From NCBI RefSeq assembly GCF_009914755.1, contig NC_060931.1: 64,000 nucleotides of DNA; one strand, given 5' to 3'. Below the pieces are notes generated by a model, which was not told the origin of the DNA, searched no databases, and was given only the letters and a program-made list of their open reading frames with translations. This stretch comes from the human T2T-CHM13v2.0 reference genome, Homo sapiens. The position numbers were made by a program, and so were the translations under genes. Positions 30,201 through 43,889 of the stretch are shown in pieces. Numbering within the stretch: position 1 is the stretch's first letter; each line of letters begins with the position of its first letter.

Positions 30201-30901
30201 CCCCCCAGGCAGTGTGGACATCAGAGCAAGGCACCCAGATGAGAACTGTCGGGAGCTGATGGTCGCCAGGCTTCTGAGCCCAATACACTTAATGACCTGG
30301 AACCTGCCCACAGCTCAACAGGCGCACGGCACTGAAGGTGGCAGCTCCCCGTAAGGAACAATCGCTCCTGCTGCTCAGCTGGCTCTGGTGCCCTCACTGC
30401 GGCACTCGCGATGTGCCAGAGAAACACAAAGCCAGGGGACCCAAAATGGAGCTGGCTCCCATAGCCAGAAGCCGTCTCTCCAGAATTCCCCTCTCCCAGT
30501 CACAGCTGCCTGCTGGCGTAACGAGGGAAGCCAAGCAGCCCTGCACAAGCCGGACTAACCACCGTCGGCCAACTAATGAAGCACCCCATGTTGGCATCTG
30601 CACATAAGACAGACCTCCATCTTCCCCCAATTTAACTGGAAGCTTCTCCAAGACACAGGCACCTCCTGAGTCCTCACAGCCTTATGCATCTTGGGACCCA
30701 AGGTGCATTTCCCAATGAGCTTCCTTGTCCCCAAATTAACCGGTTATCTCATTTCCTGATGCGATTCCTAAGGGTGATTAATTTCCAGAATTTGTCCTCT
30801 AAAGTCCATTTGCTAATTGCCTTTACAATCGTCATCTGAAAGGTCAGCCGGAAGGAGCTGGATTTTTGAGCCCCAGTCTTGAAGTTAGATCTCTGGGCTA
30901 A

Positions 30902-31230
<329 letters not shown>

Positions 31231-31459
31231 CCCTTGTCAGCTTTTCATTCCAATAGGTGACCTACCCACTTCCTTTAGCACTGAAAATGCCCCTGGAACA
31301 CTGCCCAGTCACTCTTTCAGGGCTCAGACCAGTAGGAGGCACTCTTATCCACCCAAAAAGTGATGTAGCCCTGGGTCTACGCTTTGAGTACTCTATCACC
31401 TGCATCACTTTTACCAACCCACAATATGCAGAGAATGGTGAAGTAATATTGTTAAGAAC

Positions 31460-31650
31460 ATCACTAATCAAATTAGACCATCCAGTTCAAATCCTGGCTG
31501 TGCCACTTAGGGGCTGTGTGACCTTGGGCAAGTGACTTAACCTCTCTGGGCTTCACTTTCCTGATCTGCAAAATGAACCTGATAATAACACCTACCTTTT
31601 AAAGTTATTGTAAAGTGTTAGGCACAGAGCAGGTGCTACATATGCTAGCC
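31460..31650. mobile_element. MIR
   Basis: MIR core ttcaaatcctggctgtgccactta...gtgaccttgggcaagtgacttaacctctctg. Confidence 0.88.
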
Positions 31651-31653
31651 ACC

Positions 31654-32047
31654 TGATACGGTTTGGATTTGTGTCCCCACCCAAATCTCATGTCAAACTG
31701 TAATCCCCAATGTTGGAGGTGGGGCCTGGTAACAGGTGACTGGATCACGGGGGTGTATTTTTCCCACTTTCATGCTGTTCTTGTGATACAGTTCTCATGA
31801 GATCTGGTTGTTGCAAGTGTGTGCAAACAACTTTGCTGCTTCCCTCCTCTCTTCTCCTCCTGCTCTGGCCATGTGAAGACATGCCTGTTTCCCCTTGGCC
31901 TTCCACCATAATTGTAAGTTTCCTGAGGCCTCCCCAGCCATGCTTCCTGTATAGCCTGCAGAACCGTGAGCCCATTAAACCCCTTTTCTTTGTAAATTAC
32001 CCAGTCTCAGGGATTTCTTCAGAGCAGTGCAGTAACAGACTAATACA
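31654..32047. mobile_element. MSTA MaLR LTR
   Basis: tgatacggtttggatttgtgtccccacccaaatctcatgtcaaactg...agactaataca. Confidence 0.9.
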
Positions 32048-32454
32048 CTATCATTCTCCATTTTTTCTTTTTGCACTAATACTGACTGAGCTTCTCAGCT
32101 CAGATGGGCGCTGGACTGGACACAGGGCCGGATGGAGGTGGGATGTGTGGAAATGAATCCACCACAGATGTAGCCTCACGGAGCTCAGAGAGTCAAGCTG
32201 GAAACTCAGACACAAACACACGGAACCGGGGAAGATTGTCCCTACTCCTTCAGTCTGGAGGATCAGCTTGTTCCTGAGAGTATCCAAGAAGGGAGACTTT
32301 GATTCTCCCCTTCTGTGGCACTAGGTATGCAAATATGCACTGTATGGCATTTAGGCGCAGGCAGGAGCAACCTTGAAATAATTGGTGTTCAATAAACATA
32401 TATTGAACACACATTTAATCAATGCCAGTTCCCTTTGGTTCCATATTGACGTTA

Positions 32455-32802
<348 letters not shown>

Positions 32803-32992
32803 CTAGACGTGAAGGTCAGAGAGCGTAACTGGAATATGTTGGTGATGTTGGTGACAAAACCAACAAGGCCCTGGTCATCATGGATAATTTTTTGTATAAA
32901 TTCATGGGATACAAGTGCAATTTTGTTACATGCAAGGATTGCATGGTGGTCATGAAAAGACATACAAATGACCACCAATTATTATCTTTTCC

Positions 32993-33617
32993 TTTTTTTT
33001 TTTTTTTTTTTTTTTTTTGAGACAGGGTTGCACTCTGTCACCCAGGTTGGAGTGCAGAGGCGCAATCATAGCTCCCTGCAGCCTCAACCTCCCGGGCTCA
33101 AGTGATCCTGCCACCTCCAGTCCCCTCAGTAGCTGGGACTACAGGCGGGCACCATCACTCCTGGCTAATTTTTGTATTTTTTGTAGAGATGCAGTTTCAC
33201 CATGTTGCCCAGGTTGGTCTCAAACTCTTGGGCTCAAGTAATCTACCCACCTCAGCCTCCCAAAGTGCTGGGATTGCAGGTGTGAGCCACCACACCTGGC
33301 CCCAAGTATACTTTTTTTGGGGCAGGGGGGCAGCGGTGGAACAGAGTCTTGCTCTGTGGCCCACACTAGACTGCAGTGGCACTATCTCAGCTTACTGCAA
33401 CTTCCGCCTCCCGGATTCAAGAGATTCTCCTGACTCAGCCTCCCCAGTAGCTGGGATTACAGGCGCCCGCCACCGCTCCTGGCTAATTTTTGCATTTTTA
33501 GTAGAGACAGTGTTTCACCATCTTGGCCAGGCTGGTCTCCAAGTCCTGACCTCATGATCTACCCGCCTCGGCCTCCCAAAATGCTGGGATTACAGGCAGA
33601 AGCCACTGCACCTGGCC
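32993..33617 (-). mobile_element. Two tandem antisense Alus (AluJ about 32993-33300, AluS about 33340-33617)
   Basis: Two consecutive antisense dimers. Confidence 0.9.
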
Positions 33618-33642
33618 CAGCATACTCTTAAATGGACCTCTG

Positions 33643-33892
33643 TGCTTGTAACCCATGCACCAGATTGGTTGCTGAAGGCCACAGAGGCTGAAATGATGAG
33701 GTTGGCCAGTCCACTCAGACTGTATCCACATACCTCCCTTCCTCAGAGGCTGGCGCAGAGTATAATCTTAAACGGATCTCTGTGCCAGCCTCTGAGGAAG
33801 GAGGCATATGGATAGTCTGAGTGGACTGGCCAACCTCATTATTTCAGCGTCTGTGGCCTTCAGCAACCAATCTGGTGCATGGGTTACAAGCA
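33643..33892. repeat. Long inverted repeat (arms 33643-33760 and 33778-33892, 17-nt spacer)
   Basis: Arms are reverse complements with 5 substitutions and 2 small indels; the outer 43 bp are perfect. Confidence 0.97.
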
Positions 33893-35149
33893 GACTCAGC
33901 ACACCAAAGTCTTTCATGGATTTGATCCCTTTCAAAGTATCTAAAATTCCAATCACTGGGAGCAAGATTGAGCTGAAAATCTAATGTTTGGGAATGGAGA
34001 GGGATGAACCTGCATTGTTTATGGGCATAAATAATTCATAAGCATGGGTTAAATGGTTTTTAGCCTCTGGGACCCCATGGAACAGTGGTTCCCAGGCTGT
34101 TACTCGAAGACCCAATTCAAAGAATCACCAAGGAACGTTCCCTCCCTTTTAACCACGTTGGGCATCAAGTTACAGTCTTTTCTTTTGCATCTTGTGGTCT
34201 CTGCTAGATTTTACAATTGTTGAGGGCCACATTATAATCAGTTTTTTCCCTGTAATGCTTGATAATGGTTTTCCCCTTGGTCCTTTCCTCTAAAACCCTG
34301 CAAAGATGCACCACATTTAACCCACAAAAAGAATTTATTTTTGTTATAACTGAACATAATTCTTTCTTGAAGATATCTTTTGGACAAAATGTTCCATTGT
34401 GCGGGTCATGCCATATGGTGTGTAATGGGGTACGAGTTGCTGACAAAAAAGACGACAGGGCAGAGTGTGAGCTCCAGCCTGCCCCAAAGCTAAGCCCTGC
34501 ATTTGCTGGAACATGAGAGCCTGGAGCTCTTAAATATGTAAGAGAGGTTGTCAAATCTACTTAACTGCTTATGAGCAATGAAGTCTCATCACTGCACTTG
34601 TGTTACTGACTCTGCAAAGGTGATTGTTGGCCATCATTTTGAATATCTTACTACTAAGATGTATTCAAAAGCACAAAAAAGAAATCTAAAACTGCCAATC
34701 TAGGACGTAGAAAATGTCCATGGAATTCCTTGAAAGATGCAAAAGCGAAATCCTTCTACATGATGTAAAATCAAAGTTGTTTTCTCCCTATCTCTGCCCA
34801 AAACCAATTAGATATCACGGAAATAAAATATATACACAAGCAAAGCCAAAATTTTAAGTCCACATCTGAAAACTGAAATGAGCTTTTCAAATCAGCTCAA
34901 TTCTTCTGCAAGTGAGACTTCTCAGGAGCCCTAATGTCCCTTCATGTCCTGGCTTAAATTCGCATAAGCAAAACACCCTAAACCCTGGTTCTTCAAAATG
35001 AAAACCAAGACCCTATGAACGGCTCACAATTAAATTAACATTGAAAATCAGAGTAAAATAGGGAACTATATATATTTCCTGAACATAAATACACACACCT
35101 CCGTATCAGCTCACGAGCCAGCACCCTACCTTCTTACTTTCCAAGAAGC

Positions 35150-36260
35150 ACTAGAAACTTTATTGCTAAAATCAGAAAAAATACAAGGATGTTTACTATC
35201 TCTGCTACTATTAACACTGTATTGTAGGCATTAACCAACATGATTAGACAATTAGAGGCATAAGATGGGAAAAGAAATAAAGTTATTTTAAGGTGATATG
35301 ATTATATGTATGGAAAATCCCAAAGAATTCATGAAAAAACGATTACAAATAATAGGTGAATTTAGTAAAGCATTAGAATAAGACCAACATACAGAATTTA
35401 ACAGGACATGTGTAGAAACAGAAGATAATGTATGAGCAGAGCCTATTTATAAGAGCAAACATAAAGGTTTTACAGATTTGAAAAAAACTATCAAAAGGAA
35501 AAAGCAAAGCAATTCCTTAAAATAGAAAATGAACTGAAACATGCAAACACAACTGTATTTCAAGTTAATGGCTTAACTACAGAGAAAACCGTTTTTTTCA
35601 AGTTACTTTAGAACATAATATTTTGACTGAGCTTTCCACGTGAGACCTAAGTCTCAGGACAAAAAGAACCACAAAGAAATCATACAAAAGAGATTCATGT
35701 AACATCATTAGGAATCAAGATTTTCTATGTTAGAGAAAAGAGCTGTAAATATAACAATTTTAAGGTTAAGTAAAAACTCTGAAATCTAGTTTGAATAAAA
35801 ATATCACTGTGAACTCAATTTATTTTTGTCTTTAAAAAAATATGGACGTATCAGTTGTGTCACTGAAAAGACGTCAAGGTAATAAAACTCAGGCAATGAG
35901 CACTCAAATTGTAGTCTCAAAATACCACTTCCGGCTAAGTAATCAGCTCCATGGGAGGAAATACGAAAAGTCTTGTCAGGCCTAAAAGTGGATAAGTTCT
36001 CAATGATGCCAAATGACAGAGAAACTAACTGGAAGACACAGCCAATCACCAAATATGGTACAACTCATTATCCTGAAAATTGACATGAATGTAATTGCTA
36101 AGGAATAAAGTAATTACTCTTTTAAAGTAATAAGAAAAGAACCAAACAATTGTCCTGCTTTTTCCATACAGATTATATTCCAGGATAACCAAATAGTTGA
36201 TGAAGCAACTCTCTTTTAGAGAGGTATCATAAACCGATAAAGAAAAAATCATAGATTAAA
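35150..36260 (+). mobile_element. Old L1M ORF2 and 3' UTR remnants
   Basis: acaaggatgtttactatc, gatatgattatatgtatggaaaatcccaaagaa, gtagtctcaaaataccacttcc. Confidence 0.6.
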
Positions 36261-36382
36261 ACACCACCATAATCCGGAACTTGTCTCCAGACTATGAAAG
36301 TACCCAGATGGCTCCCAAACCTGGCCCAGCTGGGAACTGCATGCAGCTGAGCCCACCATGCTCTTTAGTTTCTGTGCCCACC

Positions 36383-36945
36383 TGTGTGCGGAATTTATTC
36401 CTTCTGCTGGGTTGTTGGTCTCGCCGACTTTAAGAATAAAACCACGGACCTCGCGGTGAGTGTTACAGCTCTTAAAGATGGCGCGTCCGGAGTCGTCTGC
36501 TCCTCCCGGTGGGCTTGCGGTCTTGCTGACTTCAAGAACGAAGACGCAGACCGCGGCCGTGAGCTTTAAAGGTGGCGCGGACCCAGAGTAAGCAGTAAGC
36601 TTTATTAAGAAGCAGGAAAGAAAAAAACACAAACTCAAGCGGATAGCACCCCAGCGAGCTTCCCCAGCGGGCTCGGGGAGCCAGCTTTTATTCTCTTATT
36701 CAGCCCTGCCCATGTCCTGCTGATTGGTCCATTTTACAGAGTGCTGATTGGTCCATTTTACAGAGTGCTGATTGGTCCATTTTACAGAGTGCTGATTGGT
36801 CCATTTTTACAGAATGCTGACTGGTGCATTTACAATCCTCTAGCTAGACACAGAGCACCGATTGGTGCATTTACAATCCTCTAGCTAGACAGAAAAGTTC
36901 TCCAAGTCCCCACTGACCCAGAAGCCCAGCTGGCTTCACCTCTCA
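36383..36945 (-). mobile_element. LTR12-family (HERV9) solo LTR
   Basis: cctcgcggtgagtgttacagctcttaaag, tandem gtgctgattggtccattttacaga units, ends cagctggcttcacctctca; 4-bp TSD CACC at 36379-82 and 36946-49. Confidence 0.92.
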
Positions 36946-37429
36946 CACCCAGGGGCCACTGCTGGAGGAGCAGCCCCAGCCCTTGTCCCCTCACCCTTCC
37001 CCCATGGAACCTGCTTTGGGAAAAACAAACTGGAACAATAAAAATGCCCCACATTCCAAATCAAGCCCTTGTCAAAGTCCCTTGCTTTCAGCCCAGGAAG
37101 TTTCTAGAAGCAGTCAAGCCACAGGACAGAGAAATATCTGGTGGCCCAGCTCTCCCTGGAGAATCCATCTCCCACCTCCAAAAGGAAGCACCCAGACCAT
37201 GGAGGCCACAGCCCCAGGCCTGGCTTTCCTGGTAGGATAATATTTAGGGTTACCCTCTTTCTCCTGGGGCAGCTGGTCTAGCTCCGAGAAGGTTCTCTGA
37301 TGGCTGTGCTGGCTCACGCTAAGCCCACCTGGAGTAGGCCAGTGGCTGGTGGCCACCTTCAGACCTGGGCTCACCCGGGGGGTTTGCACTGATGGACGCC
37401 CTGGCAGAGATCACAGAGGCAGGTTCTGT

Positions 37430-38265
37430 TAGACACATATGCACACATACACTCTTACACGTATGCTCACTTACATGCTTACACATACACTCATATGTAC
37501 ACACTGACACTTGTGCCCACCCACTCACACACACACACTCATACACACATATACACTCACACACACCACACATACACACATATACATTCACACACACATG
37601 CACACACACACCACATGTACACACACACGTATACATACACACACTAACATACACTCACATCCACACATACATTTACATACACTCATCCACACACACCCAC
37701 GAACATACTCATACATGCACACCACACATGCACATTCTTACACACACGTACACTCACATAGACTCACATACCACACATGGACACACGTGCATACTCATAC
37801 CACACATGCTCACATAAGGACACAAACTCACACATCAGATACACTCATAAACACGCACACTCACAAGCTCATACATGCATGCACTCATGCACACCACACA
37901 CACACTCATACATATACACACTAACACATGCACACATACATATATACACTCTCACTACACATACGCATATAAACTCACAGTTATGCACACACTCATACAC
38001 ATATACATTCACACTCACACTACACATACACATATACACTTACACTTATACACACACGCACAGCACATATGCACACACATACACATAACAAACACACTAC
38101 ACAGACACGCACCACTCGCAAACATTCCCACTTATGCATTCACATGCATGGCACATACACAAACATGCACACACATCACACACACTCGTATACACATGCA
38201 CACACACACTCTTACATACATACACACGTACACACCGCACTCCCATACATGCACCCTCACATATA
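37430..38265. repeat. Degenerate CA-rich low-complexity tract (about 830 bp)
   Basis: Continuous cacacat/cacact variants. Confidence 0.95.
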
Positions 38266-39169
38266 CTCCCCCTTCCTTCTGTTTCCATGATGTCTGCTGT
38301 CTCCAAGGCTTTCTGTTTTTGAGTCCCCTGCTACAATTAAAATACTCCTGAGAGCAATTAAGCTTTGGCAGCTAATAACTTAATTACCCACTAATACCGT
38401 ATCTTCCCATCACCCTCGCCAAGCAGGAGCAGTGAGGTATGAGACGGATTCACTCATTGGAGGCAGACCGTGGGAAGATCCAGGATCCTAGAGTTTGGCG
38501 GGAAGCTCAAGAGACCCATGCTGGAGCCAGAGGCCCATGGGCCTCCTTGAGTCCTGGGGCCGAATCCTTCGTTCTGTGCACCTACTACAGAGCAGTGTCC
38601 TTAACCAGGGCTTAAAATTATCTACCAACATGAAGAGTGACCTACAAAAGAAACTGACCTGATCAACCCCTAGTTCACAATTGGGTAGAGCGAGACAGAG
38701 AGGCTGAGTGGCTTCCCAGGGTCACACAGCTTCTCTTGCAGGCCAGTGCCTTCTTGATGCCAGACCAGGGGTCCTGGGATGGGTGGTGGCAAGACCCTCA
38801 CACCAGCCTCCCTGAACTCACTCCCCACTCCACCCTAACACTAGCATGGCAGCACAGAACTTCCCAGAGACGTTACAGAACAGCAGAGATTGGAAGTCCA
38901 GTGTTGGCCCCCAGTCTGGATAATTCAAGCAAATGTTTGAAGGGAGGATGTCCTGAATTTGCCATAAGCTGTATTTCTCCCAGGACGACTGAGAAGCAGT
39001 ATCTGTAGATGGGGGAACATGAGCTCTGTACCCCTCTCTGTTGCCAAGTTCATCCATTTCATGGCAATGGTTTCCTTCCATTTTTGTGACATGCTTGGAT
39101 GGCCCAAGACTCCACTGGTCATTTAATTTCCCTTCCCAGCCCCCAAATATATATCCTGAATTCCACATA

Positions 39170-39547
39170 TGCTATGGAGTGAATTGTGTCCCTCCTCCAA
39201 ATCCTTACGTTGAAGCCCTCAACCCCAATGTGACTATATCTGAAGATAGGGGTTTGGGGAGGTCATTTTAAATGAGGTTTTAAGGGTGAAACCCTAATCC
39301 AATTGGACTGTGGCTTTATAAGAGGAAGAGAGGGATCTCTATCTCTGCCATGTGAGGACACAGCAAGAAGGCAGCTGTCTGCAAGCCAGGAAAGGAGTCC
39401 TCCCTAGAACCTGACCATGCTGGCACTTTGACCTTGGACTTCCAGCCTCCATAGCTGTGAGAAAATAACAGCTGTTAAGGTATAGTTTAAGCTCCCCACC
39501 CGCTAGTCTATGGTATTTTGTTATGGCAGCCTGAGCAGACTACTACA
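39170..39547. mobile_element. MLT1A-like MaLR LTR
   Basis: tgctatggagtgaattgtgtcc...ggacttccagcctcc...atggcagcctgagcagactactaca. Confidence 0.88.
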
Positions 39548-40399
39548 AGGTACCTAGATCTTTCTCCCTGTGGGAGCACCTGGGTCTAATTCATACCATT
39601 GTGTCATCCACTCCAGATGCACCTGTATTTTCTCCTTCTTATAAAACGGGGCATGCCAGCTCAAATGCCTACAGGGACCAGCAGTCATGCCAAGAGGCAA
39701 AGACCACGAGGAAGTGGCTCCCTTTGTGCAAGGCGGTAGCCACGACTCATCACCCATCCATTGTTGCTATGAGTGAGTATGGCCCGGCATTGCCAGATGT
39801 CATGATTTAAAGAGGAGCTGGAAATCCAGATTGTTAATAAATCAGCTGATTTTTTAAATGCTGGCAACAACTTCTAAGTTTCAAAACACTTTGGGAGAAA
39901 ACCAACACACAAGTAACACAAGAAGAAATAACAAACACACAAGTAAACAAGAAGAAACAACAACAAACCTGTTTGTGGGCTGAACCAGGCCTGTGAGCCA
40001 CCAACTCACAATCTCAGTTTCGTCGATCCTCCTGGGAAAATGCTGGAAGCCTGAGCGGTGACTAAGACAGCAGGGTCCCAGGCAGTGGGGCAGAGGCCCG
40101 TGAGGGTACGGGGGGCGCGGGGGGCATAGAACTGCGCTACTGGACGGTGACACCGCCTGCAGGTACCACCACGCTCCTTCACCTAGGGCTTCCTTTGGCC
40201 AGTGCCCACCCAGGTGCCTGAGTCTGATCTGTTCCCAGGGACCAGGATCCCACATCTAGAGGCAGGACAAAAACAAACAGCCCCAGCCCTGGGCTCCATT
40301 TCTTTTAAGGTTGTGGGTCTGCTTCTGAAGCTGATCACCAATGCTTGTACCGTTCCCTTCGCCCTACCCTTGACATTTTCCAGTCTCCACCTGTGATGT

Positions 40400-41147
40400 T
40401 GAGGTGGGAGGCAGGACTTGACTCCAGACCAGACTGAAGACTGGCTAAAATAGGGAAGAGGCCCTGGAAGCACCTCTCCGTGAGACACACCCACCAGTGC
40501 CATGACAGTTTACCATTGCCATGGCAACACCCAGAAGTTACCACCCCTCTTCTAACAATTTCTGAATAGCCTGCTCCTTAATTTGCATATAATTAGAAGT
40601 GGGTATAAATATGACTGCAGCACTGCCCCTGAGCTGCTGCTCTCCACACACTGCCTATGGAGTACCCCTGCTCTGCAGGAGTAGTCACAGAGCTGTAATG
40701 CTGCTACCTCAATAAAGCTGTTTTCTTCTGCCACTGGCTCAGCCTTAAATTGTTTCCTGAGTGAAGCCGGGAACCCGGCTGGGCACGGTGGCTCACGCTG
40801 TAATCCCAGCGCTTTGCGAGGCTGAGACAGGTAGATCCACCTAATGTCAGGTGTTCAAGACCAGCCTGGCCAACATGGTGAAACCCTGTCTCTACTAAAA
40901 ATTCAAAACTTAGCTGAGCATGGTGGTGTGTGCCTGTAATCCCAGCTACTCAAGAGACTGAGGCAAGAGAATCACTTGAACCTGGGAGGCGGAGGTTGCA
41001 GTGAGCCGAGATCGCGTCACTGCACTCCAGCCTGGGCGGCAAAGTGAGACTCTGTCTCAAAAAAAAAAAAAAAAAAAAAAAAAACAAATAACAAAAAGAA
41101 CCTTCCCGGGCTTCATCCCGATTTGGGGACCCACCTCTCCTGCATTA
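40400..41147 (+). mobile_element. ERV solo LTR (LTR47/MER41-like) split by an AluS at about 40776-41095
   Basis: catgacagtttaccattgccatggcaacacccagaagttacc, atttgcat, gggtataaat, aataaa; ends ccctgcatca-like. Confidence 0.7.
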
Positions 41148-42289
41148 ATGTCAGCATCTATCAGCCGAGGGTTGAGCTGGGGTGGGCTGGGCTGAGCTGG
41201 GCTGGGCTAGGCCAGGAGGCAGAGAAGTGCAGGGCACAAAGAGGCCACAGAGAGCTGAGACCAAGTCTTTGGTCCAGGGCAAGTCAGTGGGGAAAGGTGT
41301 GCTTTGCCAAGGCATGCTTCAGGTCTCCAGGTCAGCTGCCAGATGGAAGCTCAGCTTCCCCGGGATTCCCATAGAGCCTGAGTCTTCATCCAGGCCCAGA
41401 AACCTGGAGATATGCTCAGTGAGTACAGGCGGAGGGCGGTCCCAGCCGTGATCTGGAGGCCAAGGATAATAAGACAACAAGCGTTTGAGAAGCACCACTG
41501 CTGTTTGGTGCCCTCGCCTCCCGAGGGAGGACATGAGTGAGATGCCCCGTGCAATGGGATTGGCAGAGACCTTGGGCAGACCCCTGCGGTCTCTGGCCAT
41601 CAGCCTGCCAAAAACATCCTGCCTCCCCCACTCCACCTTTCCATCCCAAATGACACAAAGATTAAGCACCAGCCAACAAAATCAGGTTGCAGGAACCACA
41701 ACCAGTTTGTGTGGATTTGCCTGAGCCAGGGTGGGAGGAAGTAAATGAGAACCTAAACCAAAGGTGACAAAGAAATCAGTTGCAAGCCTGGGGTGGCTTT
41801 CTACTTCTGTCCCCGCTACCGTGGGCACTTGCCACATAGTTCTTGGTTACCAGCCAGCATGCTTTACCAGCACTGGTTCCTAAGTGACTATTTAATCATG
41901 CATTGTGTGTTTGAATGTATTCATTATATTTTAATATGATTATGTTCAATCCAATAGACTGAAACTGATTTGTCCAGATGTATAATTATTTTCTAAATGC
42001 TTATAATTCTTGGCGGCAGAGTTGGCAGAGGTTTTGAGAAAGAAGAGGAGTCCATTAGCTCTTCATGTTCATTAGTCATGGTTGTGGGAGCCTCATCAGT
42101 GGGTTTGAGGTAATCGGTGCCATGCTACCCTGGGACACCCTGGCCTTAAACATGATCACAGAGACCTTGTGTTTTGAGCCCCATGCAGGGAATCACTGGG
42201 TCTCTAAGTTTCATCTGGAGCTCCTCCCTCTGCTGAGCTGTTTTTCCCTGTTCCTCTTTTTGTTTGTTTGTTTTAAGGGTTTTAAAATG

Positions 42290-42797
42290 TCCAACTTTAA
42301 TTTAGATTCAGAAGGTACATGTGCCGGTTGGTTAAATGGATATATCGTGTGATGCTGAGGTTTAGGGTAAAAACATTCCCATCATCCAGGTAGCAAGCAT
42401 AGTACCCAATAGGTAGTGTTTCAACCTTTGCCCCCCTCCCCCTCTTCCCTCTCTAGTAGCCCCCAGTGTCTGTTCTTCCCATCTTGATGTCCACATGTAC
42501 CCAATGTTTCTTTCCCACTTACAAGTGAGAACATGCAGTATTTGGTTTTCTGTTCCTGCATTAATCTGCTTAGGATAATGGCCTCCAGCTGCATCTATGT
42601 TGTTGTAAAGGACATGATCTCATTCTTTTTCATGACTGTGTAGTATTCCATGGTGTATATGGACCACATTTTCTTTATCCAATCCACGAATGATGGGCAC
42701 CTACGTCGATTCCATGTCTTTGCTCTTGTGAATAATGCTGCAATGAACATACAAGTGCAGGTGTCTTTTTGGTAGAACAAATTATTTTCCTTTGGGT
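42290..42797 (-). mobile_element. L1PA16/L1PB-type 3' end
   Basis: ttagattcagaaggtacatgtg...cccacttacaagtgagaacatgcagtatttgg. Confidence 0.88.
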
Positions 42798-43054
42798 TTG
42801 GGAAGGGGCTCTGCCCAGGGTGACTGTCGCACTGCACCCTCCAGGGCTCTGGAAGACAGTAGTCCCCAGATTTACCACAGTATCCCCAGTACCTCAGCCA
42901 TATATTCACCACTTCTGGACAATCGCCCTCTGTAGCTTCCCCGCCCCGGCTCACATAGGGCTCCTGGAGTTTACCAGAGCTTTCCACAGAGATTCTTAGT
43001 CTTTTGCTCAGCCCCATCTGGATGGGTCTCCCTGTAGTTCAAGCTCTTATGTCA

Positions 43055-43367
<313 letters not shown>

Positions 43368-43889
43368 CTACCCATTGAAAAGCCTAGAAGTAGATTCCCA
43401 GAAACACCAAGCAGCCAAGAAGATGGATGCCCATCCCAGTGGGTGCAAAGTTGAGCTGGACAACACACGAATGCCCTGCTGACGACGCCCTGCCGCTGCT
43501 CAAAGCATCACAGTTCTCACCCTACTGCTCCAAAATTCCGTGTTGCACATGATAATTGTGCAAATGGTCTAAAATGGATTGTGATCACCACAACCCATTT
43601 TAGACCATTTTCATCATTCCCAAAAGGAACCTCATATCCACTGGCACAGTCACTCCCTAGTCCTTCTTTGGGAAGGAAGATTCCTCAGGTCTTCCTTCTT
43701 TGATAACCCATGGAATCTTGGGGCAGGGCATTTGGCTGCCGTATTTTCCTCAGGATTCATGTCTGGATTGGCTCAGGTAATCCCCTAAGGCTGGGTTTGG
43801 GAGGCACTGATTTGCCTTTCTTGGCTTTGACTGCATGAATACGGGTGTCCCAGAAACCCCACTTCTCCCAGTTGGCCTTAGAGTCATCC

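Noticed and set aside
36715-36890. Regular ~24-bp repeats resembling an array
   Set aside because: Standard internal CCAAT repeats of LTR12, with no spacers; not CRISPR-like.
37319-38351. His/Thr-rich ORFs
   Set aside because: Artefact of the degenerate CA-rich tract.
41174-41212. GAGCT/GGGCT pentamers resembling Ig switch repeats
   Set aside because: Only about 40 bp; switch regions span kilobases and no Ig exons are present.
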